Positions 14,003 through 15,977 of a DNA stretch of 15,977 nucleotides are shown piece by piece. The number at the start of each line of letters is the position of its first letter. Position 1 is the stretch's first letter. The notes beneath the pieces are model-generated. The model did no database searches. It was not told the origin of the DNA and was given only the letters and a program-made list of their open reading frames with translations. The DNA is from Candidatus Nanopusillus sp. (GTDB lineage Archaea; Nanobdellota; Nanobdellia; Nanobdellales; Nanobdellaceae), in the NCBI GenBank assembly GCA_036845085.1, contig DAIUEN010000012.1, forward strand, positions 1-15,977, read 5' to 3'. The position numbers and the translations under genes were made by a program.

Positions 14003-14086
14003 GCGGCGGTGCCCGAGTGGACAAAGGGGTTCGGTTGAGGTCCGAATGGAAAAGATCCGTCAGGGGTTCGAATCCCCTCCGCCGCA
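14003..14086 (+). tRNA. tRNA-Leu (anticodon GAG), class II
   Basis: Acceptor stem is GCGGCGG (14003-14009) with CCGCCGC (14079-14085); discriminator A14086. Anticodon stem is TTCGG/CCGAA with loop TTGAGGT. It has a long variable arm. The T arm is identical to that of tRNA-Leu(CAA). Confidence 0.9.
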
Positions 14087-14156
14087 AATAATTTTCTAAT
14101 AAATTTATGGAATCTGTAAATTTTTCATAAAAAATTAACTGACATAATTTATAAAT

Positions 14157-15917
14157 ATGCTGATAATTACAGAAAAACCATCTGTGGCTAGAAAAATTGC
14201 ACAATTTTTATCAAATAATAGATATAGAATAATAAAATTATCTAAATATACTTCTTATTATTACTTTAACTTAGATGGAAAAAATGTTTTTGTTTTACCT
14301 TCAATAGGACACTTATTCACACTTTCCGATATGAATAAAAAATATGAATATCCAACATTTGATTATAGATGGGTTCCAAGCTATTATGAGGATGGGATTA
14401 TTGCTAAAAAGTATTATATAGAGATGTTTAGAAAATTTAAGAATGAAAATGAGATTGTTATAGCTACAGATTACGATATTGAAGGAGAATTAATAGGATA
14501 TAATATTTTAAAGTATATACTAAACAAGAATAATGCAAGTAGAATGATATTTTCAGCCATAACGTATAAAGATATAATAAGAGCCTTTAATAATAAAAAA
14601 GAGAGTATAAATTTTGGTTATGTGTATGCTGGAGAAACTAGACACATAATAGATTGGTTGTATGGTATAAACTTATCTAGAGCTTTAACAAGGTCTTTAT
14701 TTTATTATACTAGAAAATTTGTTTTGAGTATAGGTAGAGTACAAGGTCCGACTTTATCTTTAATTTTCAATAGAGAAAAAGAAATAGAAGAATTTATCCC
14801 TGAAGAATATTATAAAATCGAGGCTATTGTAACAAAAGATGAAAGGAAGATCAAATTTACATATATAAAAGAAAAAATAAAGGATAAAGAGTCAGCTATT
14901 AAAATAAAAAACAGCATTGGAAAATATGTAACAGTAAATTATATAACAAAAAAGGAAGAAAAATTGAATCCTCCTCACCCTTATAATCTTACAGATATTC
15001 AGGTAGATGCTTATAAATATTACAAAATAAGTCCAAAAGTTACATTAGAAATACTTCAGTCTTTATATGAAAGAGGACTTATTTCTTATCCTAGAACATC
15101 TTCTCAAAGATTACCAGAGACTATAAACTTTAGAGAAATCTTAACCAACCTTTCTAATATAATTAATTATAAAAAATATATTAATTTATTATTACAGAAA
15201 GCATATCTAAAACCAAACAACGGATCTAAAGATGATGTTCACCCAGCAATACATCCTACAGGTGTTATACCAGATTATCTTAATAATAAAGAAAAACTAA
15301 TATATGATTTAGTAGTTAGAAGATTTATTTCAACATTTTATGATCCCGCTATTATATACAAAATTTATGTAAATACTAAAGAAGATTTCTTTTATGAATA
15401 CTATAAAATAAAATTTAAAGGCTGGTTAGATGTTTATTGGAATATATATAGAGATAATTTTTTAGATCTAGAATTTAATATTGGAGAAAAACTATTAGTT
15501 GATAAAGTCAATGTATTAAAGAAGAAGACAAGTCCACCTTTTAGGTATAACAGAGCATCTCTAATAAAAAAAATGGAGGAATTAAATTTAGGAACAAAGA
15601 GTACTAGGGCAGATATAGTTGAGATATTATTTAAAAGGAAATATATTGAAGGTAGATCTATAAAAATAACAAATTTGGGAAAAAAGATAATTGAAATATT
15701 TGAAAAATATTATCCAGACATATTGGATTTAAGTTTAACTAGAAAAATGGAAGAAGATTTAGAAAGACTAGAAAAAAATCCAGATATAACCTTGAAGGAT
15801 AAAATAATAGAAGAAAATAAAGAAATAATAAAAGATATCTCTAAGGTTATAAAAGAAAATGAGAAAAAAATTGGTGAAGAATTGTATAATTTTATAAAGG
15901 AATATATAAATAAATAA
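14157..15917 (+). CDS. topA: Type IA DNA topoisomerase (topo III-like core, no C-terminal zinc ribbons)
   Basis: TOPRIM motifs are MLIITEKPSVARKIAQFL and ATDYDIEGELIG (DxDxEGE). The catalytic Tyr is in LYERGLISYPRTSSQRLP. Domain IV is indicated by LGTKSTRADIVEIL. The EKPS and SYPRT motifs favour topo I/III over the topoisomerase half of reverse gyrase. Confidence 0.9.
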   Translation: MLIITEKPSVARKIAQFLSNNRYRIIKLSKYTSYYYFNLDGKNVFVLPSIGHLFTLSDMNKKYEYPTFDYRWVPSYYEDGIIAKKYYIEMFRKFKNENEIVIATDYDIEGELIGYNILKYILNKNNASRMIFSAITYKDIIRAFNNKKESINFGYVYAGETRHIIDWLYGINLSRALTRSLFYYTRKFVLSIGRVQGPTLSLIFNREKEIEEFIPEEYYKIEAIVTKDERKIKFTYIKEKIKDKESAIKIKNSIGKYVTVNYITKKEEKLNPPHPYNLTDIQVDAYKYYKISPKVTLEILQSLYERGLISYPRTSSQRLPETINFREILTNLSNIINYKKYINLLLQKAYLKPNNGSKDDVHPAIHPTGVIPDYLNNKEKLIYDLVVRRFISTFYDPAIIYKIYVNTKEDFFYEYYKIKFKGWLDVYWNIYRDNFLDLEFNIGEKLLVDKVNVLKKKTSPPFRYNRASLIKKMEELNLGTKSTRADIVEILFKRKYIEGRSIKITNLGKKIIEIFEKYYPDILDLSLTRKMEEDLERLEKNPDITLKDKIIEENKEIIKDISKVIKENEKKIGEELYNFIKEYINK

Positions 15918-15977
15918 ATTTCACAATAAAATAGTAGTAACAATTTTTAATAAAATATTATCCCTTCAAGATTACTA

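Noticed and set aside
13998-14204. 68-aa minus-strand ORF
   Set aside because: It runs antisense straight through tRNA-Leu(GAG); the RRGFEPLT stretch is the classic translation of a tRNA T arm. It also overlaps the topoisomerase start.
14157-15917. Topoisomerase as the C-terminal half of a split reverse gyrase
   Set aside because: The motifs EKPSVA, IGHLF and SYPRT resemble topo I/III. My recollection of the reverse gyrase equivalents is ESPNKA and TY(M/H)RTDS. This cannot be fully excluded without an alignment.
15710-15943. 77-aa minus-strand ORF at the topoisomerase 3' end
   Set aside because: This is an antisense shadow of the K/E-rich C-terminal helix of the topoisomerase.
1-15977. Search for CRISPR arrays, transposases, integrases, toxin-antitoxin pairs or defence-island gene sets
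   Set aside because: I saw no regularly spaced direct repeats, no terminal inverted repeats flanking an ORF, and no recognisable defence or mobile-element proteins. The PIN domain here belongs to the conserved housekeeping PIN-ATPase-KH family, not to a VapBC module.

Overview
This window is extremely AT-rich (roughly three-quarters A+T by eye) and tightly packed. It is archaeal and dominated by core information-processing genes. On the + strand: tRNA-His, tRNA-Ser, uL18, an RNase-H-fold DUF460-like protein, then a compact Orc1/Cdc6, PolD small subunit, RpoL, PIN-ATPase-KH, ABCE1 block, and a topoisomerase IA. On the - strand: uS14-uS8, a small zinc-ribbon ORF missing from the supplied track, an N-terminal-only NFACT protein, a class-III-signal pilin-like protein, and an APC-type permease fused to a SAM-methyltransferase domain. 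The four tRNA genes are sharp GC-rich islands in AT-rich DNA, which is the pattern of a hyperthermophile. Together with scattered ribosomal-protein genes and a truncated gene, this suggests a reduced Nanoarchaeota-like genome; that is inference only. I found no CRISPR array, mobile element, toxin-antitoxin pair or recognisable defence cluster, and no convincing new multi-gene system. The items most worth a second look are: (1) a probable replication origin, a 44-nt inverted repeat around a very AT-rich spacer upstream of orc1/cdc6; (2) tRNA genes packed back-to-back with divergent CDSs in 37-59 bp, with TATA-like blocks at a fixed distance from the mature 5' ends, which would fit leaderless, RNase-P-independent tRNAs; (3) the permease-methyltransferase fusion; (4) the NFACT-N-only gene next to the zinc ribbon and ABCE1; (5) a roughly 70-aa N-terminal extension on uS14; (6) a His-to-Gln change in phosphoesterase motif I of the PolD small subunit.
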